This document shows, in pieces, positions 1 through 13,135 of a stretch of DNA of 64,000 nucleotides. The position numbers were made by a program, and so were the translations under genes. Each line of letters begins with the position of its first letter. Position 1 is the stretch's first letter. The notes beneath the pieces are model-generated. The model made no database searches. It had not been told where the DNA came from and was given only the letters and a program-made list of their open reading frames with translations. The stretch lies in the NCBI RefSeq assembly GCF_009914755.1, contig NC_060931.1, one strand, 5' to 3'. This DNA is from the human T2T-CHM13v2.0 reference genome, Homo sapiens.

Positions 1-385
1 AATCAGGAAGTTTTGAAAAATTGGAAAGAGGAAAAAAAAACCTAATGGTTGAATTATTTTCTTTAAACGTTTTTTAGTATTGCAGGGTCAGAAGGTCCTA
101 ACCAAGGTTATCTAATCTAGTTCTTGCCCCAGGCAGGATGACTTAAGTCATCCCAAAGAAAGGAAAGTTCACACAATTTGTAAAGATCTTCCCGAATTCT
201 ACCTACCTGATAGGCAAGTTATAAGCATCACTTGCCTGTCGGAGGCTCCACGAAATGCTCTGGAGCCTTTGAGAGGAAAGGTACAGCACAAATGCAAATT
301 ATTAACAATATAAATCAGCTCAATTCCCGTAAGCATAGACATCTAACCCAGCCAAAGGAATGTGTGAGGAGCTACAATGCCAGTC

Positions 386-1152
386 TTTGTCAGAAAATAT
401 ATTTATTATTGATAGTGAGTGAAGTAAAGATGTGAGTATTCACTATAGAGGTTTTATCAGCCAAGGTTGCCTTCATATTGATAAAAATACCTTATCTCAC
501 TTGTAATCATAAACATTATTCCAGTAGAAGAGGTACATTTTCTCTCCTTTTTGTCTTCTTGCCTGTATAATCACCATAATAAGTTATAATGAAATAGCTC
601 TTACATAATCAAAGGAGAAAAGAAAGACAAAACCAACATGCCACAGCCTAGACAATTCCATCCAGCACTGCTGCCTCCAGATCTGTTTTCTGGCTCTCTC
701 CACCCAGCACTGCTGCCCTCGGATCTATGTTTTCTGGCTCTCTCCTCGCCCCACTCCAATTAATTTAGCCCCCAACCCCATCCTACTTTGTTAGGGTGGA
801 GGTTCACCAAATGATGGGGCTTGTTCAGAAGAGAAACATTTTATGGTCAGTGCAAGTTGAATAGAAAGTACCAAAAGGTGGAGAGGGCTGCCCTTCTCTT
901 TTAATCATCATAAGAGGGTTTACTAATACTCAAGAGTGTCCTTTAATGACTGATCCCTGATCAAGGCTTTGGCCCTTCAAACTGCTGCTGTTCAAAACGT
1001 GAAATGATTCTGCTGAATCCATTCTTGATGTCTCTCTTTAGTGGTCTTCTCATTAGTGGTCTTCTCTTCAAATGGGTTGTTTTCTCACTAGGAAAAAAAA
1101 TGTTCCATCTCTGGAATTAACGTTGATGGTGTTTTGCTCATTCTGAAAGTTT
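386..1152 (-). other. CHCHD3: CHCHD3 3' UTR (3' end approximate)
   Basis: Runs from the TAA stop to about 15-20 nt past the minus-strand AATAAA at 402-407; free of interspersed repeats. Confidence 0.8.
402..407 (-). terminator. Canonical polyadenylation signal AATAAA for CHCHD3
   Basis: Plus-strand tttatt at 402-407; first canonical hexamer I found downstream of the stop. Confidence 0.75.
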
Positions 1153-1176
1153 TTATCCTCCCTTCTCAAGCATGCT
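1153..1176 (-). CDS. CHCHD3: CHCHD3 (MIC19) last coding exon, SMLEKGG-stop
   Basis: Minus strand reads ctgtttttcttgcAG|AGC ATG CTT GAG AAG GGA GGA TAA. Pyrimidine tract and AG acceptor at 1177-1178; phase 0 matches the preceding exon; matches the known MIC19 C-terminus. Confidence 0.96.
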   Translation of the reverse strand, partial: SMLEKGG

Positions 1177-1374
1177 CTGCAAGAAAAACAGAAAGAGTAA
1201 GTTTTACCACCGGGAGAGGACAAAAAATAAATGGCACTAACTATTTAGTATGATTTGTGTTGCTTTTCAAATATCTAATTTTAAAAACACAGAAAACAAG
1301 GCATATGCTTCCTGTTCTCAAAATATTGCTCCTTTAATCAACACCATTGCTTTATCAATATGATCTTTAAATGA

Positions 1375-1705
<331 letters not shown>

Positions 1706-2199
1706 GTGCTCCTGGTAGGGGCATTTGGAAATGTTGGGAGCATGGCTGATGGATGCAGTGACCGGGGGAAAGCTATGGCCAAGGCAGTGCAGGGATCAAA
1801 CCCCAACTCCAAAGGCTCTGAGAGGGAATCTCTTCATTAGAGAAACACAAGATTCCTTCCCAGAGGGGGAGAACGCAGATGTTCATGTGCTCATGAGGCT
1901 GGACAGAGCTACACAGATTGGTACCTATTCCCAGATTGCAGAAATGGTCCCTACATTCTATTTAGTTATTTATTTGGGAGATGAGGATGTAGATAGGAAG
2001 AATTCTTAACTATCAGATGAGAACTCTATAACCAGCTGAAATGGGGGTATACTGCCTTCATTTTTAGAGGTCTTTAAGAAGAAAAAAGTGATACTTTCCC
2101 CTCTAGTTTTGCAACCACTCAGAGAGGCAAGGTGAGGCCGAGGTTGCCTCTAGTTTATCCATTCCCACCTGCCTCCCGCCAACCCGCACCCTTCCAGCC

Positions 2200-3130
2200 A
2201 TCTCTTCATTGAGCTCCTACCAGGTACCACTGCACTCAGTTTAGTGCATTGGGGAAACTAATACATACACCTGTGGAAAATTCAGGAATAATAAAAGGTA
2301 ATAATTTGCTAATTTTTATTTATTTGCTAAATACATGCTAAAATTTATTGTGTAAACAGCATAACATTTAACAGGAACCAAATAGTATCTGGTAGAAAGT
2401 AATTTTTTCCTTCCGTTTCCCAGTTTCTGTGTCCCCTTCCAGAGATGGTCACAGTTCACAAGAGGAATGGTTCTGCCTGGTGCAGAGGGCAACCCTGTAG
2501 CTGGAGCGAGCAGGGAAGGCTTCTCCAAGGACCTTCCACCATGGAGAGAATCCAGGTGGAGGACTGGGGTGGGACTGGGAGGAGTGAGGGGAGAAAGCGG
2601 TGGCCAGGATTCAGCAGGGGAAGAAGCCTAGCACACACAGAATCCTGAGGGGAGAGGCCTAGCTGGAAGAAAGGGTACATGCTCAGGACTGACCAAGAGA
2701 AAGGGTGGAAAGAGGGCCCAGGACGGACGCCAGGCTGAGACATGTCCTGCTAGCCACAGAAAACATGGAGGAATGCTTTTACATAGGAGAATGGCATTTA
2801 GGAATGTTAACCTGACATCCTCAGCATGATGGATCCAACAGAGGGGAGTCTGCAGGCAGGAAGCCCAAGGAGGAGGCAGATTAGAAACCAGACAAAGGTG
2901 GAAACAAGAACTAGAGCTACATGGGAAGAAAAAGGGAGATGGTGACACCCAAGGTATGGGAGGATCCTTGGTGACAAAGACAGTGATGGGGCCACCAAGA
3001 GAAACAGGGAAGTCAGTGGGAGCCTGGGAAGGAGGAGGATGACTTAAATTTTGGGTTTGTGAGGCAATTTTGGGTGAGACATCCAAAATGGAAATGTCTA
3101 GAAGGACGCTGTAGGCCCTCTGAGGTCAAA
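2200..3130 (-). mobile_element. Degraded L2 fragments (antisense)
   Basis: Purine-rich L2-like motifs such as ttttgggtttgtgaggcaattttgggtgagacatccaaaatggaaatgtct; boundaries approximate. Confidence 0.5.
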
Positions 3131-6100
3131 GGTCTCTAGACACAACAATTTAGGGTCAAAAATTTAAAAATGATTGAAATTAAGGGGACAGAACAGAAAG
3201 AGTAGAAGTCAAACAAGATGGTGTATTGGGTCATAGGAGCAAAGGGTGGATAGATTATCCTAAAGTGTTCATCATTATAGGTTTCTAAGAAGTCTATGTC
3301 ATAGGGCACAAAAGAACAGATATAAAGGCAGACAAACTTAGACATAACACACACAGTGGTGAGAAAAACAATGATTCTGTCATACAGGAGGTAAATTAGA
3401 AAAGCTAGATGCATTTAGGGAAAACAGGAAAAACAAAGTAGGTGCAGTGGAAGATTGCTCAGCAGAGAGTTGTCCTGTAAGAACTCATACTGGAATGTGA
3501 GGCACCAGCCCCATGTTCGCTGGGAAAATAACACGCTGAGCACCCACCATGTAAGAGACACCACCTGGCAGTGTCACAGCGTCACAGCATCTCAGCTATG
3601 CTCACCTGCTTATGAATTGATCTGTGTGAGCCTCTCCAATCACATAGATGATAAGTTCTATAAATTCCAGATATATAGACAACCTCACTACATCATGCTT
3701 TATTAAATACAAAATGGAAGCCAGTATCAAGCAGATCTATACTGAGCCTATCTAAGGGAATGCAGTTACTAGAGAAAGTGATCTCTTTATAAATGATGCC
3801 ACTTAGCCATTTGCATTTGGGGGGGTTATAGATTCACTGCTTTCTTCAACACACTGATGGGAGCTTTGAGTTGTCATCTGCCTGGTCAAGATTACATAGC
3901 TGTACCCCTCTCTACAATTTTGGGCTTAGGGTTACAAGGATAACCACATGACAATGTACCTCCTTTCAAATATTGCAAAATAACCTGCAGCTGCCACAAC
4001 TTAAGGAAAGCAACAGTTAAAGAGTGTTTTCACGAGTCTAGAGATTGTTTTTACTATTCTCTCTGCAACCTCAACCAAATATAGATGGGTAATTTTTCAG
4101 CCAAATCATATCATGCTAAGAATGTTAGGCTCTCTTTCAGAAAGAGACAAGATGGGGCCTGGCTGGTCTGAGGATGAGCAGGCCAGTCTCACATAAAGAC
4201 ACTAAAAGAAGTAACATTTTAATAACCCCTTTAGCCACATTCACAAAATACCGTTACATGTATTAAAATTCTAATCCTCCAAGATAGCACAGTGGTTCAG
4301 CTGATTTGTGGTGACTCCTTGAAGACATGTGGGACCACCACAGAAAAGCACCAGGGCTGATCTATAAACATTTTGTCAAACTGCACTCACTTGCTACCAA
4401 AGGGTGGCAGGGGTGGTACAAAACCATCTCAATTCTATCAGGGAAATTAACAAACACAATGGCAGGCTGGATTTTTAAAAAAGATGAATTCATCTGTCAA
4501 ACATTTTGGGTTATTATTATATTCCAGCTATGCGACAAAACCTGCTCCAACTCAGAACTCAGGGCTTTTGGCTGGAGGGATCCGTAGTCTGGTGGGGTCT
4601 GTGTTATTCAGCTTTCACCTTATAGGTTCTACTGTCTCTGTATTGGTTCCGTAAGTACTGCTGTTGGGCTGAATTTCAACGCTGCATAAATTTAACACTG
4701 CATAAATTAACATAGGAAATTCCCTAAAGAATGAGGGAGAAGCTTTGCAAGTTATAAAAAATTGCTTCCTTCATTTAAGGAACTGCTAACACTTAATCTT
4801 AATGTGGAGAAAGAAATTCCTTGCTTTTGCTCATCATTCACGTATCTGGGCCTGCAGAAACTCCTTTTATAAACAGCTGGGTAAATCACCAAAAGAAGAG
4901 AGTGGTTCAGGCATGAACACTGCTCTTTTCCCAAGTCTTTTTCTCATTCCAGCCACTGAAGAACAACCGGCAGCTCACAAATAAGAACAGCGCCCCTGGA
5001 GACCTGAGATTGCGTGTCATTTCCGCTTATTAAAACCTTACTAACCATCCTAACCGCTTGCCTCAAATATTTCTGTTAAGCAGTAATCTCATCAACTGAT
5101 TTTTGAATCACAGCTTTCTTGGAGGGGTTGACTATCATAGCAGCATGCCAGCTACTGGTTGTGTTGATAATTTAAGAGAAATGATGGCAACCCTGGGTTG
5201 CTAACCAATCATCATGAAGAGAAGAAAAGCGGTTTGTTTTTTAAGATACCACTCAGGGTGCTTGTCTCTGGATGAACTTACCCAGCGCCTCACCAAGACT
5301 TCAGGCCTCATAAAGCTGGGTAGAGAAGCAGGAAGGTCTACCTAACCAAGGAAAAATGAAACTGGAGATGTGTCCTGGCACAGACCTGGTCTTAAGACAC
5401 GAGTTTTACTAAGGAGGGTCAGGAAAAGTGGGGAGTGGGAGACACTGGAGCTTCGATGAGGAAAAAGCCAGAATGAGAAGACTGTGCATAAGACAGGAAG
5501 GAAAAGTCATCTATAAATTGAATTTATGGGAAGCACAAAGCGAGTTTTGCCTGTGCACCAAGTACTGTTCTTCACTACCTGGAAATCTGATTAGATCACT
5601 TATTTTGTTTTCAATATGTGTCTATTCCCCTGCAGCAAGAGCTGTTTGTTCTTTGTTCCTCCTGCTTTGGAGGAAATAGAAGTTAACTTTTTTCTGCCTG
5701 GATCTTGTTTTATATCTTCTATGACAAATGCTCTGTATAATATTCAAATTAAGTTACAAGTAATTAACTGTTTATACAGCTGGCTGCAATAACAGACAAA
5801 ACACTAACATACTGCAGTTCTAATTGAAGGATGACCATGGGAAAAGAAATACCTATTAAGAAAAATGAAAATCTATTACCATGGTAGTATTTCTTCTATT
5901 AAACTCAGATTTAAAAAAAGAGAAAATGTCACGAAGCAACGATTACTCTCAGAAAGTGGTTTAGAAAAGGATTCCTATGATGGAAGAGGTTGGGATAGGA
6001 AATTTAAAGTTTGGAATTTTGTTTGCTTTGATCTGACTCTAAATTCAAAGGGCTGCCCTACCAAAAAAATGGGAAATCTATTATGAAATACCCACGTGTC

Positions 6101-6632
6101 AGTCACCCTGTGACCAGCATCCCAGCTGGGCAATTAATAAATGTCATCAAGCGATAATGATAAAGCAGCTTTCGAACACAATAAAAACATGCTCCTGGGG
6201 GGCTTCCCAGAAAGTTAACCTTCTTGATTATCTTCGTGCTCTCTGAAAGTGGCCACCGTGTACATCGGGGGGACCCTGATGTGGGTCGGGGAGAGAAGCA
6301 GGGTGACTGGGAGCAGTAGAACCAAGGGAGGGTCTGGTCACAGCTGTGAGCTAGCCAGGGGACTGGGGTCACCTACTGTTTCAATGGGAGCAAGAGAAGA
6401 GGGGAAGGGGATCTCTTTTCAAGGCTTCCATCTGATTCCCACATCATCTTCCAATTTGTTCTTAAGGCTAAAGATTCATTCCTAGGGTTGGTCTGATGAG
6501 ACCTCTGCCAGGTAGCTTTGACCTATAGGGAGTGATAGCTCCCCATCTCCCAAAAGATGGAAAACAAGGACTTGGCAGGACCTCTGAAAGGTCAAAGACC
6601 TTTAATGCAATTCAGGCCAATGGGCTCTAAGA

Positions 6633-6805
6633 GCAATGGTTTTCAAACTTTGGGTACAGAGTCTCCTGGGAAATTTGGTCAAAGTTCAGATGCCCAGGCC
6701 TCACCCCAGACCTTCTGAATCAGAATCTCCAGGGATGGGGATTGGGTGGGTACATTTTAAGCAAACCCCTCAGGGGATTCTGATGCTCACCCACATCTGA
6801 GATCT
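6633..6805. mobile_element. MER5A (hAT-Charlie) DNA transposon fossil
   Basis: caatggttttcaaactt...cagatgcccaggcctcaccccagaccttctgaatcagaatct...ggggattctgatgc matches the MER5A pattern. Confidence 0.8.
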
Positions 6806-9800
6806 GACACGACAGGAAAAATACCCTGGTTTTGAATTTAAGAGTGGGCTGTTTGGTCTGGGTTCTGCCCTTCTACAGATCATTTAAATTCTCTGGAAGC
6901 TAATTTTGCACATGAAAAAAATGAGGTTGGGTTATATGATCTCTAGGGTCCTTTTAGCTCCAACAGCCTATAAGTCTATTAAATCATTTGCATCTAATGT
7001 AGAGTTCATCTGAAAACAATGATAACATACAGCTTGCTCTGGCAATAGGTTTTTCTTTCAAGAACCTTGATTTTTAAGCAAAAGCTACTACTATGTTTTC
7101 AGGACCCCTTCATACTCAAAATATGTCACAGACTTAGGAGCAGAATCCTGGTCTAATATAAATACAGTTCACCGGGGAGATGAAATTGTCCTTCAGAAGG
7201 CGGACAGAAATTGTGCCAGGGCAAATTCCTCCATATGCACTGATCTTGAGGCTTTGACTTAGGAAGCCAACCAAATACTGGAGATGTCAATGATATTTTA
7301 GAAACGAGACAACGGGGTGCACTAGCCTTAAGTTGGAGAGCTGTCACATTAGGATCTAGCCTCATTTACTGGGTCCTGACCCCAAGTTCCTCACTGTGGC
7401 CAGGTTCCTTTCTGATCTCTCCAAAGAGATCAGCAGGAAGCATGTAGGTCTGAGGTGGGGCTGTCTCATTTACAAGACGTCCTTATTGTGAGCTGAACTA
7501 ACTGTTTGCGTGGCTACTGTCCCACTGCCTGCTTACTGACTGAAACTTCTGCTATGGTTTGGGGGACCCCTGACAGACTCATCATCTAACTGCAGGTCCC
7601 ACACTGACCTCTGTCCCTTGGGCATCTCCTGGGGTTGGTCCTTGCCTCTGGTCCCAGTTTGCCCTTGGTTGTCAGGCTCCAGGTTCCTGGCTTCCTGCTC
7701 TGTTTTCAGAGTCACACTTCCCATGGTACTTCACAGGATGAAAGGCATCACGATCCAGGGGAGGCTTACGGCTGGCTGGAGGGAGCCTGCATTTTCTAAT
7801 GGCCTTTATTAGCCGGCAGGGTACATTCTGCCAGCCAGTGCAGAGACAGCTGTTTTTCACTTCACTGACTTTGGAGAAACTGTGAAACTGTTTCTATTCC
7901 CTCCCAGTTCTTTCTGCCACCTTGGCTTCCCCAGGGCTGTCAGGAGTGTGAACCTCAAAGAAAGGGTACGTAGCAGTGGGAGGCCAGGCAGCAGCAGACC
8001 AATCAGAAATGCAAGTGTTCTTCTTGAGTGAACGTTTAAGGTGGACAGCAAAATTTAAGAGGCGAAGGCACAAATACTGGAGGTCTCAAAAGGAGAGGTG
8101 CTGCTTGTACCAAATAGGCCATGTCTCTTCATCTGAGTGCGCCTATGAACAGGCATGCTTATGCACACCATCTTTTGCTCTATATACTTCAAAGCAGAAT
8201 CAGTCCTAGAATAACAGAGCTAGATGGCCCTCATGGATCACCTGGTTCAAACCTTCAGTTTATCAAAGCAACTGAAGCTCAAGTCACTATAATTAGATTA
8301 GGATTGCAGCAGCAGTATTTCCTATAAACCCCACCCTCCCAGTGAACACAAAATGTGCCAGAAGGGTCCAGCCAGCTTCTGCATTTTTCTGTCAATAGCA
8401 GCAGGGCTGGGAAAAAGCTGAAATGCTTAGACTAGCAACTCCCAATGCAGCCCAATTCTACAAGTAAATAGTAGAGAGGTGGTATGTCCCAGGGAATGGT
8501 CCCAGACGTAATGCAGATCTGACAGCAAACCCTTTCGACACCCTTCCCCTTTTTTAAAAAACAGAACTTGGGCACATTTTGGTCTACCCATGAGCAAATA
8601 CTATTGGCTTCTCATTCCCGCTCCTTTCCATTTCTCCTGTAAGGTAGGTGGTGTGCATAAGCATGCCTGTTCATAGGCACGCTCAGAGGAAGAGACATGA
8701 CCTATTTGGTACAAGCAGCACCTCTCCTACCTTAGGTAGGTGTAGCAAGATAGAATGGGAACCAGGTATCAAAGGTAAGAAGAGGTAATCCAATCTTGCT
8801 GAGCTTGAGAAAGTTATGAGGCTAAGCAGATATGAGAAACAAAAGACACAGGACTATGTATCAATCGATGTGCTCCTTCCTTTGTAAATGCTGTATCTCA
8901 TACAGCCAGCCAGCTGGTAGCTTTTAAGTCTTAGAAATAATAATTAGAGCTATTTAATATCTCTTTACCCTCATGAAGAGCACATAAGTTAATACACAAG
9001 AAATAATAGCCTAAATGTCTCATGTCAACCCATGAGAAATTGTTGAAGAACAGCTGAAGAAACACTGATATGAATAAGTGGATAAATAAGCAGAGAGGAA
9101 GAGTAAGGCTAAGGAATATCCGGAAATTTTCCTAACAGTAAAACCTATTAGTCTCTAGAACAATGCCCCAGGGAACCCGTGAAAGGCCAATCTTATGAGT
9201 TATTTAAAAGTGGAGTGGACTTAGCCATTGGAATTATTCCATGGGGGAAACCCTTGCACTGTGTCGGATATGGACAACACTGCCTAATGGCTTGTTGTCA
9301 TGTATAGTATTTTCCATGTTTAGCATGTCCAGCTTGTTCTCTGGATTTAACAGGAAACATAAGAAGAAAATGTAAGAAGTTGGCCCATGAGGAACTGCTA
9401 AAATAGGCAGTCGGGACTACGTATCTTGCCGGAGTCTCTTAACAGGGGCACAGCTGGGGTCATGAGGTTAGCCTAAATTCACAAGGAGCAAAAGGACAAC
9501 CTGGTATTGGAAGGAAAGTAACTGCTCATGAAACACTGATAGAAGCTCCTTCTGGCCACTGTGGCGTGATCTTAAAATGGGCCAGTGCCAAGTTGCCCCT
9601 TTCATCACGGGCTTCATCAACCCACTCCCCATGTGTGACCTTCAGACTCTGTCCCCCGCTCATTAGATCTTCCACATTCTGTGTCCTCCCTTTATCGCTT
9701 TCGCTCTCACTTTCCCTTACTGCCTTATTTCTGCATTAGTGGATGATGGATGGATGCCCCTTCACAAACTTACCCACTCAAAAACCAAATGCCACTTATG

Positions 9801-10289
9801 TATTTTGAAATTTTTTGTTTTTATGGCAAGGTACATCTTGGTCTAGCTGTTAAATTCACTATTGTGACTTCCCTGAGTTTCAATGCTCTCAACTGGAAAA
9901 TGGTGAAAATAAAACCATCTCTATTTACATCTCAGGTTGTCATAAAAAAACAAGTAAAAGAATGGATGTGAAATGACCTTGCAATCCTAACTACTGCCGA
10001 AATGTAAGGTGGTGCAGGTTCTTGGTTCTCGTCCATTTCAATGTTGCCCATCTCAGGAAAAAAGGTTTGAGGGCTTCTATCTTTTTATTATTAACTTGTA
10101 TTATACACCTCCTAATAACTGAATATAAGAGCCACGAAAACAATAGATACTCCAAACATACTAGCTGAACATAAAAGATTGGAGAGTGAGGGGGAAAAAA
10201 GAGGGTCTCTTTTGAAATCATTAATAATAATTTGATGCTTTTGGCTGACCTGTTTAGTAAATTTCAGCACAATAATGCAACTGAGGAAA

Positions 10290-10450
10290 GAAGGGGAAAA
10301 ATAAGATTTACTGAATACTTTATATAAAGGTAATCCTCACAACATTACCCCAATTTACAGATGAGAAAACTCAAGCCCCAAGGTCACAGAGCTGGTAAAA
10401 GGACAGGGTACAAACCCAGGTCTGCCAGATTCAAACTCACTATCGCGCCA
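10290..10450 (-). mobile_element. MIR SINE fragment
   Basis: aatcctcacaac...ttacagatgagaaaactcaag...cccaaggtcacagagctggtaa...aaacccaggtctg is the MIR core. Confidence 0.75.
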
Positions 10451-11957
10451 TGTGGCGTATTTGCTTTTGTCACAAGTTAACTTTGCTTTATCCTATAAAT
10501 ATATACCATTGATGTCACAAGACTATATGTAGATAATTCAACACAACCCAGACAGGCAGGATGGGGTCAGCACTCCCAATGCCCCTGCAGCTGCCACTGT
10601 GGTAATGTTACAAATCACATGGTACAAACAGGCACGTATGTTAGAGACCAGCATTGAAACATACACTTTGTCACAACCACTCTTTTCCACTGACCACCAG
10701 CTCAATAAGGCACTATTATCAAGTTAGAAAAATCCATGAATCAACCTACGAGTCTCAAGTCCTTCAGTTCATATTCATATTGAAGGCTGGGGTTTATTAA
10801 CAGCATATCAGAAGCTGTTTTCGACAAATAAAACGTACTAACTTAACATTAGCAACATTACCTGTACCAAAGACCTTTAATGAAAAGGATCCCTGGCATA
10901 CTACTAAGAGTTATACAAGTGCAGCTACAAGCAAGAAACAGAAAAAAGCTGCCAGCCACTAGGCTTTTGAGGACAACATAGGCTTTTAATAAATCTTGAT
11001 TATATTCTTTCCACTAATGTTACTTTATTTTCCAGCTATCCAGATAATACTAACCCTCCCGTCGGATATTTGTAGAGTATAAAAATTTTACACCAAGTGA
11101 TATTATTATAACTACATCAAATTAGACTGCAGAAAGGCATGCTGTGTAACTTAAACACTAGATTTAGTTGGGTTAGAAGGTCAAATCTATGGAGTTTGTC
11201 AGCAGAAGGAATCAACGTTTCCAACAATTTCTGCCTCTCAGAACAACCATATCCAACTGTTAAATTGGTTAAATGATAGGCAATTATGTGACCTGCCAGA
11301 ATTGATAATTTGCTTCAGGGTTTATCATTAGCTTTCTAAAGTACATAAATTAGAGAAAATGCACGTCCTGTGAACATCATATTGTTCTGATATGAAGGGT
11401 CAAGAGAAGAATATGGCTATGGTCTATAAAAGCAGTGGAAATTCTTTTTAAAATGCTATCTCTGGTTTCCCTTTCCCTGTCCAACTAAGTGAACTCTATC
11501 AACTGGTGGAAGCGTTGGACAGTGACTGAACGGTGGTGTTTTGTTTTTTTTTTAACCTGGCCCTCTGCCTACCTACGGCTTATGGGCCCAAAGGTGCCAG
11601 CTCTTAATCTGTATCCTCTTCGCTAGCTCTAAATATTGGCCTAAAAGTATGAGGAATGACCTTGGGAACATTATTATTAGAAGACAAAAGTTCAGGGCAA
11701 GTGGAAAAAAGTATAATTGTAGTAGAATCCTTTTTTCTGCAAGTAAATGAGTTGTACATAAGGAAGATATGGGCTCTTTGACAATGATCGGACACAAGTT
11801 ATGCCCTAATCAACTCATTACAGTAATTCTTGATGATGATGACTAGGGCTTAGAAAGCTTTTTCACACACAGTGGCCCATTTAGTCCTTACCACTGCCCC
11901 AGGTCATCCAGTTTTCAATTTGCCCAGTGCCCCCAGTGGCCTGGCTGGCACACCTAC

Positions 11958-12093
11958 CTGTTTGGCATGATTGACACAGTGCATATACTGGGTGGCCAGA
12001 GCGGAGCATTTGAGGGTCTGGTGGGTGTTCTCACGGTAACACTGAAGAATTTTGGCCTGCAGATCAGCACAGACTGGATGAGACTCATATCGC
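11958..12093 (-). CDS. CHCHD3: CHCHD3 penultimate exon (136 nt) encoding the CHCH twin CX9C domain
   Basis: tgtttgttttcAG|G CGA TAT...AAA CAG|GTaggt. Encodes RYESHPVCADLQAKILQCYRENTHQTLKCSALATQYMHCVNHAKQ with C-x9-C-x10-C-x9-C; phase 2 in, phase 0 out. Confidence 0.97.
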
Positions 12094-12699
12094 CTGAAAA
12101 CAAACACAGGGACCGCTGAGACCAATGGTCTTCATTCAGAATAAAAATCAAGGTTAAAGAACACATAAAACGCACAGTAAGACACAGATGTTGCAAATGT
12201 AGAAAAAGGTTTAAGAGAAAGAATTTTCCTTAAACTTCAAAGATAGCTAAATTTTTCCCATGATAAAAATGACAAAGGGTAAATAAATTCTAAGAAATTA
12301 GTTCCACTAATTGACACTACTGTGAGTTAGTCTGGACAATATAACCATCCCTTCCAAACCGAAACCATATCAACATGCCAGAAACTTGGAAGCCCTAAGT
12401 TCTCTCTTCCATTCCCATATCCACTTGGTCACAAAGTTGGAGATCCCTACGGCCTGGTCCTCCTGCTCCACACTCACTGTCGTTACATTGCTTCCAAGTG
12501 AGCCACATCCTGAATTCAAGAAACAACCTCCCAGCTGGTCTCTCAGCTTTGACACCCTCTACTCCTGCCTGCACACACCTTCCAGAGGGTTCTTTCCCAT
12601 AGGAAATCGAAGATGGTCTCTTTTCCCAGCACTTTCTACACAAAATACAAGGCCAGCTGGCTGGTCCTTCTTGACCAGGTTCCTGCCTACTCTGTGGCC

Positions 12700-13135
12700 T
12701 TCACCCCCCAACCCTGCACACAGCTGAAGCCTGGACAAACCCAATTCAGGGTTTCGTTCTTACACTTCTCTTCAAGTCTAAGCTCATGCTGCTCTTGCTT
12801 CTGGAAATGCTCTACGCCCAAACTCCCACCTATGCCTCTATATCTGGAAAAAACCTACTCATCCTTTGATACTTCACTCAAGTGTCAGCTTTCATTAGCT
12901 CTCCACCCCCCAACCCTGGTACAGTCTATCATTCCCTTTATGGTGACCCCATTGGTCCCGTATTCACTTTTCTTGCCATGCATGTGACACTGACTACACC
13001 ATAGTCTAATACAATTTAGCAACCTACATTTACTAGAATGTAAATTCCAAGGACTGTGACTTATTTTCTTTGTTACCTCAGCTATTAGACATCGGAACCC
13101 TACAGAAGTCATGTAATACATTTACTGAATGAATA
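12700..13135 (+). mobile_element. L2 3' end fragment
   Basis: ctagaatgtaaattccaaggactgtg...tttactgaatgaat is the L2 terminus pattern. Confidence 0.6.

Noticed and set aside
5187-5201. Palindrome gcaaccc-t-gggttgc resembling an RFX site
   Set aside because: Half-sites are in the wrong order for an X-box; no other support.
7405-7439. Small hairpin ctgatctct-ccaa-agagatcag
   Set aside because: A 9-bp core stem is too short to distinguish from chance.
11904-12125. 73-aa ORF as a standalone CHCH microprotein
   Set aside because: It is the CHCHD3 exon read through its splice sites; the ends are intronic and the start is not ATG.
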